DNA of 64,000 nt from an uncultured Spirochaetota bacterium (GTDB lineage Bacteria > Spirochaetota > Brevinematia > Brevinematales > JAOACQ01): contig CAWIGG010000002.1 of NCBI GenBank assembly GCA_963835575.1, forward strand, positions 1,312,001 through 1,376,000, in the 5' to 3' direction. The notes beneath the pieces were generated by a model. The model saw only the letters and a program-made list of their open reading frames with translations. It had not been told where the DNA came from and did not search any database. Of this stretch, positions 50,741 to 61,510 are shown one piece after another. Numbering within the stretch: the stretch's first letter is position 1; the number at the start of each line of letters is the position of its first letter. The position numbers and the translations under genes were made by a program.

Positions 50741-53700
50741 ATGCACAGCCTCGGCATCGATATCGGTTCGACAAGCCTGAAGCTTGTCCTTCTTGAGGGC
50801 GACAGCATTATATGGAGTTTTACGGCCCCGCATGAAGGCAATTATCAAACCGCGCTCAAGAACGCTCTCCGGAGCCGCAGTTTCCCGCAGGATTTAAAAT
50901 CTATCGCGACCGGCACAGAAGGCAGGCTCTCGCTAAATGTCAATAATGTCATCGAATCGGTCTGCATTGAAGAGGCTTTACGCCATTCAGGCTTATCAGC
51001 CGACGCGGTGATATCACTGGGCGGAGAGGACCTGATCGTCTATACCGTAGATAAGAACAATAAGATCATTACCAGCATCTCCGGCAATAAATGCGCCTCC
51101 GGCACCGGCGAGTTTTTTAAACAGCAGCTCGGCAGGATGAATTTGAGTCTTGAGGATATCCCCGGCATCCCGGATGATTCGAAGGTATGCCAGCTTTCAT
51201 CCCGCTGTTCGGTTTTTATGAAAAGCGACTGCACCCATAAACTCAATAAAAATGAAGCGACGAAAGAGGATATCGTCGTGTCGCTTTCCGATGTAATGGC
51301 GACAAAGGTGATCGACTTTCTCAAAAGGGCCCGAGTATCAAGCGGCCGGGTCCTCTTAACGGGCGGTGTTACACACAACAAATTCATCATCAGGTTTATA
51401 AAAAAGCGTTTCCCGACCATAGATTTTATAGTGCCGGAAACAGCCCCTTATTTTGAAGCCTATGGGGCCGCCATCCTTGCCAGAAAAGCCGGAAGCATCA
51501 TGCCTCCCGCCGGCAGGCTGATCAAACAGAACCGGATTTATTATGAAAGATACCCCGGCCTCTTAACCTCACACGGGAAGGTCACTTTCATTCCTTCCAG
51601 AAAAGGGAAAGTTAAAGACGGCCATGAATACATCCTGGGCGTCGACGGCGGGTCCACTACTACTAAAATCTGCCTGATCGATATTGAGACAAATGAGATA
51701 ACCGCCTCGCATTATGACAGGACGCACGGCGATCCCGTCGCCGCGCTCAAAAAATGCCTGTCTGAGGTAAATAAACAGATAAAAGCGGATATCGGCGATA
51801 AAAAGATCAAAATCTCTCTGGCTTCGGCGACCGGTTCATCCAGGGAAATACTGGGCGTATTTCTGGAAACTCCCGCCGTCTATAACGAAATCATCGCGCA
51901 CGCGGCCGGCACGACTTATTATAATCAGGAGATCGATACTATTTTCGAGATCGGCGGCCAGGACGCCAAATACACCCTTTTAAAGAACAAGGTGCCCATC
52001 GATTACGCGATGAATGAGGCATGCTCGGCCGGCACAGGGTCTTTCCTGGAGGAATCCGCCTCCGGCGACCTGAATATCAAAGAGGCGCGGGATATCGGCG
52101 GCATAGCCGTAAAAGCGGAGGCCCCGCTGAAATTCGGCGAGCACTGCTCGGCTTTTATCAACTCCGACATCCGTAAAGCGATACAGCAGGGCGCAACTAA
52201 GGAAGACATCACCGCGGGTATTGTTTTTTCCATCGTATCCAATTACCTGAACCGCGTCGTGGGCAACAGGACCATCGGCAGTAAAATTTCCCTGCAGGGA
52301 GGCGTCGCCAGGAACCAGGCCGTACCGCTGGCTTTCGCGATGCTTCTCAATAAGGATATTCTTGTGCCGCCGGACCCTGAGCTGATGGGGTGCTTTGGGG
52401 TCGGCATTCTGGCAAAGCAGAAATACAATGACGGCATCCTGGAGAAAACTTCTTTCGATATAGATAAAATAATCAATACCGAAATCATTTATGAAAGGGA
52501 ATTCAAGTGCGGCGCCTGCGATAATTACTGCCCGATCAAAGTGCTGAAGGTCAACGAACATAAATATATGTTCGGAGGCAGATGCAATAAATACACCAAT
52601 CTCAGGAAAAACGCCCCAGTCAATGAAAGCACGGCGAAAGATTATATCGCGATGCGGTCGGAGCTTTTATTCTTTGAATGCGCCCCGAAGCATGAAGAAT
52701 TGAATAAAAAACGCGGTTTTACCATCGGCATCCCGAAGGTCTTTTCAGTCCATACTCTTTATCCGCTCTACGCATGGTTTTTCATGAACTCGGCATTGAA
52801 ACGGTCCTTTCTAAAAACATCTCTCATGAAGGCACTTCCCGGATTGAAAGCGCGTACTGCTACCCCGCGGAGATCGCCCATGGCGCGTTTCAGGACATGA
52901 TCGACCAGGGAACGGATTATATATTCCTTCCTCATTTTAAATTCATGCCCAGTTATGAAAAGACTGTCCATGCGAACTTCTGCCCGATCACACAGGCGCT
53001 GCCCTATTATCTTAAAAAAGCCTTTTCAGAAATACCCTCTGGAAAAATACTCTCCCCTGTTATTTCATTCAATAAAGGTCTTGAAAGCGGTGAGGATTCT
53101 TTTATCGAATTGGCCGGAAATCTCGGTATCGGCATTTCCGAAGCAGTTAAAGCATTTCAGAAAGCCGTTAAAAAACAGAAGAAGTTTTTAGAAAAAGCGT
53201 CGGCCCTCGGCCTGGAAGCGCTGGAAGAATCGAGAAAATCGGATAAGCCTGTAATAGCCGTCCTCGGCAGGCCTTATAACGCCTTCACCCCCGAAGCCAA
53301 CATGAGCATACCGAGGAAATTCACCAGCCGCGGCTTTACGGTTGTCCCTTTTGACATACTCCCTTTCCATGACGAGGAAATTTACGATAATATGTACTGG
53401 TATTACGGCCAGCAGAACATCAAGTCCGGCCGGTTTATAAAAAAAGAACCCAATATCTATCTGACATATATCACCAATTTTTCATGCGCTCCCGATTCAT
53501 TCCTTCTGCATTATATAAAGTGGACCATGGGCGTAAAGCCATTTCTGGTGCTTGAGCTTGACTCCCACACGGCCGACGCCGGGGTAGATACGCGGGTGGA
53601 AGCCTTTCTGGATATCATAGACGGCTACAAATCAAAGTTGAAGTATTTAAAGGATGAAAAATACGATAACGGGCTCAGATTTATAAACAATGGAAAAGAT

Positions 53701-55017
53701 GAGTTTCATATAAAAAATATCCTAACCGGCGAAAAAATTAAAATAAGGAATAATCCCGGAACAAAGCTTCTTCTTCCGAACATGGGCAGGCTTTCCGCCG
53801 AGTTCATCGCGGCCGCCAGCAGAGGAAGCGGCTATAACGCCGAAGCGCTGCCCGTGGCCGACATTCATACGCTTCAACTGGCAAGAAACCTTGCCTCCGG
53901 CAAGGAATGCGTGCCTTCCCTCCTCGTGCTGGGAAGCGTACTGCAGTTTATAAATTCCCCCGGATACAAAAAAGACGAAATATACCTGGTGTTCATTCCG
54001 ATCACAACAGGCCCATGCCGCACAGGGCAGTATTATATATTCTATGAAAACCTTTTCAGGGACCTCAGAATAGACAATGTCGTATTCCTGACCTTAAGTT
54101 CAGATAATTCATACAATGAGCTCGGCCCGAATTTTTCAAGAAACGGTTGGTGGTCAATGATCGTTGCCGATTATATGAAGGATATAGAGATAACCCTCAG
54201 GACTTGCGCCCGGGACCCTGTTGATGCCATGAGAAAATATGACGAACTCTGGCGCTCCATGGTTTCAATAGCTGAAAAAGATATGTCCAAGATTATCCCC
54301 ACGCTTAAGAAAACAGCGATGGAACTGCAAAAAATCCCTCTTAAAAAGAAGCCGGAAGAATGCCCGAAGGTCCTGATAGTCGGCGAAATATATGTCAGGC
54401 GTGATGATTTTGCCGTTGATGAACTGATCCGGCTTTTCAGTAAAAAAGGCATTATCGGTAAAATATCCGGAATTACGGAATGGATTTATTACTGTGATTA
54501 TGTCAGGGAATATCAAATAAAAAAAGAGCTGAAAAAAGAAAAATTCATCCGGAAAATATTTTCAAAACCATTGAGGAACTTGGTTTTTTACAAAATCGAA
54601 CAGCTTTATAAGCATTTTGTTGATTATAAAATCAGAAAAGCCCTGGATGAAAGCAGGCTCCTGCCGCATTATCCCCGCAGCATGTATAAGATCATGAATA
54701 ACGCCAATAATATCTTTGTCGCGGGCGAGCTTAATTCAGAAATTTCAGTATCAAGCGGCGCCGCCGTTACGGCCATGCTGGAAGACTATTCCGGGATCGT
54801 TAATACCTATCCCTTCGCCTGCCTGATTGGAAGGGTCATAGAAGGTCTCATCACGCCCTATTTCAGGGAAAAAAGAATGCCTGTCCTTTCAGTGGAAATT
54901 GACGGCAACCTTTTACCCCCGACAATTATCAATAAACTCGATATCTTCATGCTGAACGTCCTCCGCTACCGCTCAAACCCCGATGCAGAAGACCTGATAG
55001 AGAAAGAGGAAGAATAA
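50741..55017 (+). pseudogene. 2-hydroxyacyl-CoA dehydratase activase-like multidomain protein (two ASKHA ATPase domains plus DUF2229-like domains), split by a frameshift near 52780
   Basis: GIDIGSTS, KCASGTG, GVDGGSTT, EIGGQD, NEACSAGTG. One added T in TGGTTTTTC joins the two ORFs (WFFHELG). Confidence 0.85.
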
Positions 55018-55029
55018 CACTTCAAAAAT

Positions 55030-55151
55030 AGCCACAGAATGACGCAGAAAAACACTGAATATTTATAAAATCACTTATTAGCTTAGATAATTCCTCATAA
55101 CATTTATTATTGAAGTCCTATTTCAGTGTTAATCCGTGAAATTCTGTGGCC
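55030..55151. repeat. 9-bp-period hairpin repeat
   Basis: GCCACAGAAT..AACACTGAA / TTCAGTGTT..ATTCTGTGGC. Confidence 0.7.
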
Positions 55152-55215
55152 AAATTATTTTTTCATTTTATGATATGAGCAAGCAATTACTTATCCATAG
55201 AAATTAATGATTGAA

Positions 55216-56760
55216 TTAGAAAGGAAAATCCTTTGAAGAATCCTTTTTATTTTCCAAAAGCTTTGTTTCCTTCTTTTTTTCAGCGATTTTATGGACAGGA
55301 TTTCCGTCGACATAAATCGCTTTATTCGGGCGGGCCGGGCAGACAAATTCGCAGGCGCCGCATCCGATGCAAATCTTGGTATCCGTTTCAGGGGCATGAA
55401 GGTCCTTTTTGTAAGGTACCAGGTAAACGGCACTGGTCGGGCAGTATTCCGCGCAGATCCCGCAATGCTTGTCATCGGCGTAAACAATGCAGATTTTTTT
55501 GTTTAAATTGACCGTGCCGAGCTGGGTCAGCTTTTTTTCAGCAAGAGGAAGCTCCTTCAGCGCGCCTGTGGGACAAACGCCGGTACAGACAGCGCATTCG
55601 TAATTGCAGAAGCTCGAGTCGTAATCCATCATGGGCTGGAAAATGCCGGAAAGACCGTACTGCATCAGCGCCGGTTTGATCACATGGGTCGGGCAGGCCG
55701 TCACGCAGACATGGCATGCCGAGCAGTTTTCGGTAAAATGAGAGATACTTCCGCCGCCGGGAGGTATTACAGGATATTTCCTTTTTACAGGCAATAAGGG
55801 TGTTATAGACTCCGCTATGGATCTGTTAAAAATAAATGGCAATAAGAGAAAAACGGCCGAGCCTTTGAGCATTGTTGATAAGGCTTCTCTTCTGACGGTG
55901 TCAACAGCTTTTTCTTTTTTTAAAGATTCATGAAATTGAAAACGGATGGCTTGTTTAGGACATGCGTCCAGGCAGTTATAGCAGTGGACACAGCGGCTGA
56001 AATCAAGCGCCCTGTTTTTGACGTCGATACATTCGGCCGGGCATACTTTTTCACAGAGTAAACACCCCGTGCATTCTTTTTCTACAAACCGGAGCTTCCA
56101 GATTGAAAAACGTGAAAAGAGGGAGAGCAGTGCGCCTGCCGGGCAGAACATATTGCAGTAAAACCTTCCCCTGAAAGCGGACAAAAAGAAAAGAAAAATG
56201 ATGCATACCCCTGTCAGGATTAAAATGCTTCCTTCAATCCTATGAAGAGGATAATTTGACGAAATATAGATATGAAACTGGAGCAGTATTTTAGAACTCA
56301 TATTGAAAATGAATACCGCCATTGGTTTGATAAGATTAGCGGCAATCCGGCCGAAAAAGCTGAAAGGTTCAAGAAAGTTAAGAAAAATAAGACTGCCGGA
56401 AACATAAAGAACTGCTGTGACCGTAAGTACAGTATATCTGATGATATTCCGGGCTTTATGAAAAGAGAAGAATCTCTTTTTAAAGACCCTATTCCTGGCA
56501 GAGATAAATAGATCCTGAAGCGTGCCGAGCGGACAGAGCGACGAGCAGTAGAACCGGCCGAATAGAACCGTTAATACAAGGATCAGACCCAGACCGGCTA
56601 AGGCGGTCATACCGCCGCCGATTATTTTTAAAATGGATGGAATAAACTGCAGGCCTGCCAATAAACCTATTGACCAGGTAATGCCGTTCAACAGGCCTAA
56701 AAACAGCAATGTATATAAGATTAGAAATATCAAAGATATCAACAGTCTAATTTTTTTCAA
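55216..56760 (-). CDS. Membrane polyferredoxin (NapH/MauN-like plus NapF-like 4Fe-4S domains)
   Basis: GRFYCSSLCPLG, GRFYCNMFCPAG and several CxxCxxCxxxCP motifs. Confidence 0.88.
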   Translation of the reverse strand: MKKIRLLISLIFLILYTLLFLGLLNGITWSIGLLAGLQFIPSILKIIGGGMTALAGLGLILVLTVLFGRFYCSSLCPLGTLQDLFISARNRVFKKRFFSFHKARNIIRYTVLTVTAVLYVSGSLIFLNFLEPFSFFGRIAANLIKPMAVFIFNMSSKILLQFHIYISSNYPLHRIEGSILILTGVCIIFLFFLSAFRGRFYCNMFCPAGALLSLFSRFSIWKLRFVEKECTGCLLCEKVCPAECIDVKNRALDFSRCVHCYNCLDACPKQAIRFQFHESLKKEKAVDTVRREALSTMLKGSAVFLLLPFIFNRSIAESITPLLPVKRKYPVIPPGGGSISHFTENCSACHVCVTACPTHVIKPALMQYGLSGIFQPMMDYDSSFCNYECAVCTGVCPTGALKELPLAEKKLTQLGTVNLNKKICIVYADDKHCGICAEYCPTSAVYLVPYKKDLHAPETDTKICIGCGACEFVCPARPNKAIYVDGNPVHKIAEKKKETKLLENKKDSSKDFPF

Positions 56761-56771
56761 ATAAAAAACCT

Positions 56772-57695
56772 TCAGAGTGAAATCTTCTGGATCTTCAACT
56801 GGGCCAGGTCGCTGTTTCCGAGCAGCTTCTTTTCCGCCGCCCTTTTAATATAACCGATATTCATAGGATTTGTACCGAATATCTTTGCGGCCGCGACATC
56901 CGCCGCCAGCATATCCGTGGAAACCAGCAGATTCTTAAAAAGCTTGACATCCCCCTTTGAAAATCCCCGCGGCCCGTTTGTCGCAAGAACAGCATAAGCG
57001 TCCACCACCGTCAGATCCGGCTTGCGGATGAGCGGGCAATCGGCTATGCACTGTTCCAGATCGCTCCTGTGCCAGAATCTCCTGTCCCATACCACGCCCA
57101 TATAGTTTTTCATTCCGATTGTCAGCTGTGTCGAACCATGGCTTTTCAGCACCGGAACATTAATGAATACATTGGCGTCCATAAAGGTCTCATGAAAATC
57201 AGCGCTCTGCAGAAGAGATGCCCCGGGAATTTTTGCTGTTTTATAATAGCTGGGGCTGTTTGCCACCATCACGCCCCCGGCGTTTTTTACGGCGTCTTCG
57301 ATGCCGCTTAATTTATAGCATGACTGCCAGGAATCGCAGGAATTATCAAAAACATAAACTTTCTTAGCTCCGGCATCCAGGCAATGCTTGATGACCTGAG
57401 CGACCAGTTTCGGATTGGTATTGGCCGCGCGTTCTGGTGAAACGGCCCAGCCGATATTCGGCTTAACAAGAACAGTCTGTCCGGCCTTGACGAAATTCTT
57501 CATGCCGCCCATTTCTTTCATCGCCGCGTCGAACATGACTTCCGGTTCACCGCCTTTTACTGCCACCATATCATAAGCGCTCTTCAGGGAATCGGCTTCC
57601 AGCCCGAAGACCGGATTAAAGTCCTTTAAAAGAAAGGCGGCGCCTGCCGCAAGACCGTATTTTACTGTGTTTTTTAAAAATTCCCTTCTATCCAT
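56772..57695 (-). CDS. DUF362 protein with a Tat signal
   Basis: MDRREFLK, VLVKPNIGW, TNP, INVPVLKSH, MKN.MG. Confidence 0.88.
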   Translation of the reverse strand: MDRREFLKNTVKYGLAAGAAFLLKDFNPVFGLEADSLKSAYDMVAVKGGEPEVMFDAAMKEMGGMKNFVKAGQTVLVKPNIGWAVSPERAANTNPKLVAQVIKHCLDAGAKKVYVFDNSCDSWQSCYKLSGIEDAVKNAGGVMVANSPSYYKTAKIPGASLLQSADFHETFMDANVFINVPVLKSHGSTQLTIGMKNYMGVVWDRRFWHRSDLEQCIADCPLIRKPDLTVVDAYAVLATNGPRGFSKGDVKLFKNLLVSTDMLAADVAAAKIFGTNPMNIGYIKRAAEKKLLGNSDLAQLKIQKISL

Positions 57696-58066
57696 AAAAC
57701 ACCTCTGCTCTTATTAATCAAATTATCCCGATTGCAATATGAAATTTTATCATTATTTTTTTAATTTGTAAATCATCCTTTTGTATTATTTTACATATAA
57801 GGTTATGCAATGCTTTTAGAAGCTGAAACATTTATCACAACAGATATCTCTCCTGTAAAAAGTAATTATTTTTTATCGATGTGGTGATAAAATAATCTTT
57901 CCGTTTAAGGATTTTATGCTTATACTGTTATATAATTTTATATTATATTCATGCCTGAATTGAATGGTTTTTTCTTTATTTATCTGCAGTATATACTTAG
58001 GGGCATTTTTCTAATAAAACCGCTCTATTCCGGTCATATTTTATTAATGAAGATTTCAAAATAGTA

Positions 58067-58095
58067 TTGACTATTTTTTAAATTAGAGGTAGAAT
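58067..58095 (+). promoter_or_regulatory. Putative sigma70 promoter of the sugar ABC operon
   Basis: TTGACT-N17-TAGAAT, with an inverted repeat (AAAATAGT-ATTG-ACTATTTT) over the -35. Confidence 0.5.
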
Positions 58096-58204
58096 TGAAA
58101 TCATTTTAAATTATCTGTCATGGACTTTAATCTTTTTATAAACAGGCTTAACTGGGCGTTACAATATCTATGTCATTATAAATATTTTATAAGGAGGAAC
58201 AGCC

Positions 58205-59473
58205 ATGAAAAGTAAAATTTGGCGTATTGTTGCTTTACTTATTTGCGCATCTTTAGTCACGACTGTCATGATTTCTTGTGCGAAGAACAAGAAAACCGAA
58301 AAGAAGCTGGAAATCTTCAGCTGGTGGACAGCAGGCGGAGAGGCTGACGGTTTGAATGAGATGTTCAAGATTTACAAGGCTAAAAATCCTGACATCGAAA
58401 TCGTTAATGCAACTGTCGCCGGCGGAGCCGGGATGAACGCGAAAGCCGTACTCGCGACCAGAATGCAGGGCGGAGACCCGCCGGATTCATTCCAGGTCCA
58501 TGCAGGTCATGAACTGATCGATTCATGGGTAGCGGCTGGAAAAATGGAACCCATTACTTTCATATTCAGCAGTAATAATTTCCTCAGCGCTTATCCTAAA
58601 GGCGTCATTGACATTATTTCCTTCAATGGAGAGATTTACAGCGTGCCGGTGAATATTCACAGGGCCAATGTATTATGGTACAACAAAAAAGTATTCAAAG
58701 ACAACAAGCTGAACGTCCCCAACTCGCTGGAAGACTTTTTTGCCGCCGCTGAAAAGCTGAAAAAGAAAGGAATTACCCCGCTGGCATTGGGCGATAACGG
58801 CATCTGGTCAGCCACACAATTGTTTGAGACTGTTTTACTGGCAAAACTTGGAGCGGACGGCTACAAGGGTTTATGGACCGGTAAAACGGCATGGGATTCA
58901 GCCGGTGTTAAAGACGCAATCGCGGCTTTCATTAAAATGCTCGGCTATGTCAACGCAGACCATGCCGCTCTGAGCTGGGACGCAGCCGCGCAGTATGTGT
59001 CCGACGGAAAAGCCGCTATGACCGTTATGGGAGACTGGGCTGAAGGCTACTTTAAATCCAAAGGCCTCAACCCTGATGTGGACTTCGGCTGGGCTCCTTC
59101 TCCCGGCACAAAAGGATCCTATGATATGCTGTCCGATTCTTTCGGCCTTCCCAAGGGCGCTCCCCACAGGGATAACGCCATTAAATGGCTGACAGTCTGC
59201 GCTTCCAAAGATGGTCAGGACGCATTCAATCCCAAGAAAGGGTCCATCCCCAGCAGAATGGATGGAGATAAGAGCCTTTATGACAAATATCTCCAGTCTT
59301 CAATGGCCGATTTCGCAAATAACAATATCGTACCGAGTTGTGCTCATGGCGCTGCCGCAGCTGAAAGCTGGGTAACGATGATAAACGATGTGATGACTCT
59401 GCTCGTTACAGAAAAGAATGTTGATAAGGCTGTTGAAGGTTTTGTCAACGCGGCCAAGAAATCTCTAAAGTAA
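58205..59473 (+). CDS. Sugar ABC substrate-binding lipoprotein (glucose/mannose type)
   Basis: Lipobox ISC, EIFSWWTAGGE, VPVNIHRAN, VMGDWA. Confidence 0.9.
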   Translation: MKSKIWRIVALLICASLVTTVMISCAKNKKTEKKLEIFSWWTAGGEADGLNEMFKIYKAKNPDIEIVNATVAGGAGMNAKAVLATRMQGGDPPDSFQVHAGHELIDSWVAAGKMEPITFIFSSNNFLSAYPKGVIDIISFNGEIYSVPVNIHRANVLWYNKKVFKDNKLNVPNSLEDFFAAAEKLKKKGITPLALGDNGIWSATQLFETVLLAKLGADGYKGLWTGKTAWDSAGVKDAIAAFIKMLGYVNADHAALSWDAAAQYVSDGKAAMTVMGDWAEGYFKSKGLNPDVDFGWAPSPGTKGSYDMLSDSFGLPKGAPHRDNAIKWLTVCASKDGQDAFNPKKGSIPSRMDGDKSLYDKYLQSSMADFANNNIVPSCAHGAAAAESWVTMINDVMTLLVTEKNVDKAVEGFVNAAKKSLK

Positions 59474-59485
59474 GTCAGTATAGAC

Positions 59486-59523
59486 AAACAGCGGACATTT
59501 ATGCGATGTCCGCTGTTTTTTTT
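59486..59523 (+). terminator. Intrinsic terminator-like hairpin between the binding protein and permease genes
   Basis: AAACAGCGGACAT-loop-ATGTCCGCTGTTT followed by a T-tract. Confidence 0.7.
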
Positions 59524-59555
59524 AAAATCAAAATATTATATACAGGCAGCTGATT

Positions 59556-60455
59556 ATGTTCCGTTCAAAAAAAGAATTCTATACCGCTTTTTTTACCCTT
59601 CTTCCTTCCGTGGTTACGCTTCTTGTCTTTGTTTACGGGTTTATTCTATGGACGATACGGGTTTCTTTTTCAAAATGGGTGGGTGTTGAACCAAATTTTA
59701 CATTTAACGGTTTATCCAATTACATTGATATTTTTTCAAGCCGCAGGTTCCAGATCGACCTCTGGAACACCTTCTATTTTACCCTCTTTTTTCTGCTTGT
59801 CTGCGTTTTCGCAGGATTGATGCTGGCTATTTTCTTAGACAGGAAATTAAAGGGCGAGAGTATCTTCAGGAATATTTTCCTCTTTCCGATGGCTTTATCT
59901 TTTGTAGTGACAGGCATAGTCTGGAAATGGATTTTCACACCCTCCACAGGTATAAATTTACTGTTAACTAACATAGGTCTTTCAAAACTGACCTGGGGAT
60001 GGTTTACTCAGCCTTTTCAATTTCTCCACTTTCATGTAGCCCTTATCCCGGTGATCATAGCCGCTTCATGGCAATTAACCGGATATACAATGGCCATGTA
60101 TCTTGCCGGCCTGACGGGAATCCCGCTTGAACTTAAGGAAGCGGCGCGTATAGATGGAGCGTCGGAGTTTAAGATGTACCGTTATGTCATTATTCCCATG
60201 CTCCGCCCGATCACTCTGAGCGTATTGATCGTTCTGGGCCATATTTCACTCAAAATATTCGACCTTGTTTACACAATGACCGGTTCCGGTCCCGCTTTTG
60301 CCACGGATGTGCCGGGTATCAATATGTTTGAAATAACCTTCAGGGGAAACCGCTACGGAGAAGGCGCGGCAATCGCCGTCATTATGTTTATTATGGTCGC
60401 GGTAATAATAGTTCCCTATCTCTATAACAGCCTGAAAAAGGAGAAAAGTAAATGA
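59556..60455 (+). CDS. Carbohydrate ABC permease
   Basis: EAA motif ELKEAARIDGAS. Confidence 0.92.
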   Translation: MFRSKKEFYTAFFTLLPSVVTLLVFVYGFILWTIRVSFSKWVGVEPNFTFNGLSNYIDIFSSRRFQIDLWNTFYFTLFFLLVCVFAGLMLAIFLDRKLKGESIFRNIFLFPMALSFVVTGIVWKWIFTPSTGINLLLTNIGLSKLTWGWFTQPFQFLHFHVALIPVIIAASWQLTGYTMAMYLAGLTGIPLELKEAARIDGASEFKMYRYVIIPMLRPITLSVLIVLGHISLKIFDLVYTMTGSGPAFATDVPGINMFEITFRGNRYGEGAAIAVIMFIMVAVIIVPYLYNSLKKEKSK

Positions 60456-61294
60456 AACCGAAAGGCTATGAGGCTAAAAAGATTATCTCCCGGGCTATTC
60501 TTTATATGATTTTGACATTAGCGGCTCTTTATTTTCTGCTCCCGATTTATGTGCTTCTGGTTACAGGTTTGAAAAGTTTTAAGGAAGTCAATCTCATGAC
60601 GATGTGGTCTCTTCCAAAGGAAATTACCATAGATTCATTCGTCAAAGCCCTGGAAAAACTGGCCCCCAACCTGATGAACAGCTTCTACCTGACAATACCG
60701 GCAACAATTATCTCGGCATTCATCGGCTCCGTTAACGGCTATATACTTTCAAAGTGGAAGTTCAGGGGCGCGGATATCATTTTCCCTTTTATCCTCTTTG
60801 GAATGTTCATACCTTACCAGAGCATCCTGATCCCGCTGGTCCAGTTCCTCAGAATGATCCATCTTTACGGGACGATCCCTGGTCTTATCCTGACCCATGT
60901 CATCTACGGCATACCGATTACCACGCTGATTTTCAGGAATTATTTCGCCGAGGTCCCGAATGAACTGATTGAAGCGAGCATGATTGACGGCTGCGGTATG
61001 TACGGGGTCTTTTTTAAGATCCTGCTGCCGATTTCCGCGCCCGGTTTCGTTGTCGTCATCATCTGGCAGTTTACAAACATATGGAACGAGTTTCTATTCG
61101 CAGTCACCATCACTCCCAACCAGAGCCTTCAGCCTATTACTGTGGCCCTGCAGAACCTGGCCGGAAGCCAGATCGTGGAATGGAACGTTCAGATGGCCGG
61201 GGCTTTGATAGCAGCTCTTCCCACATTGATCATTTATATCGTCCTGGGCAAGTTTTTCATTAGAGGGCTCCTGGCGGGCTCGGTCAAAGCTTAA
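60452..61294 (+). CDS. Carbohydrate ABC permease
   Basis: ELIEASMIDG, WNEFLF, FIRGLLAGSVK. Confidence 0.92.
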   Translation: MKPKGYEAKKIISRAILYMILTLAALYFLLPIYVLLVTGLKSFKEVNLMTMWSLPKEITIDSFVKALEKLAPNLMNSFYLTIPATIISAFIGSVNGYILSKWKFRGADIIFPFILFGMFIPYQSILIPLVQFLRMIHLYGTIPGLILTHVIYGIPITTLIFRNYFAEVPNELIEASMIDGCGMYGVFFKILLPISAPGFVVVIIWQFTNIWNEFLFAVTITPNQSLQPITVALQNLAGSQIVEWNVQMAGALIAALPTLIIYIVLGKFFIRGLLAGSVKA

Positions 61295-61510
61295 TACTTC
61301 TTTTTTTGACAATTATTGAAACGAAGAGTAAAGTATAACCGATATGGAATTTAATAATATTATCAGTTGATTATAAAAAATCCTTTCGTTTTTTTACGGA
61401 TTTTTGTTCTTTTTCCAAGAAAAAAAGTTTCGTTTTTTTAGTAATTTAAGGTGTCTATATATTATGAATAAAAAGAAGGGGGCTTTTTAGTTCATGATAA
61501 GGAACTGAAC

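Noticed and set aside
2259..55151. CRISPR array or integron attC array
   Set aside because: The repeats are dispersed palindromes without regular repeat-spacer periodicity, and no cas or intI gene is present.
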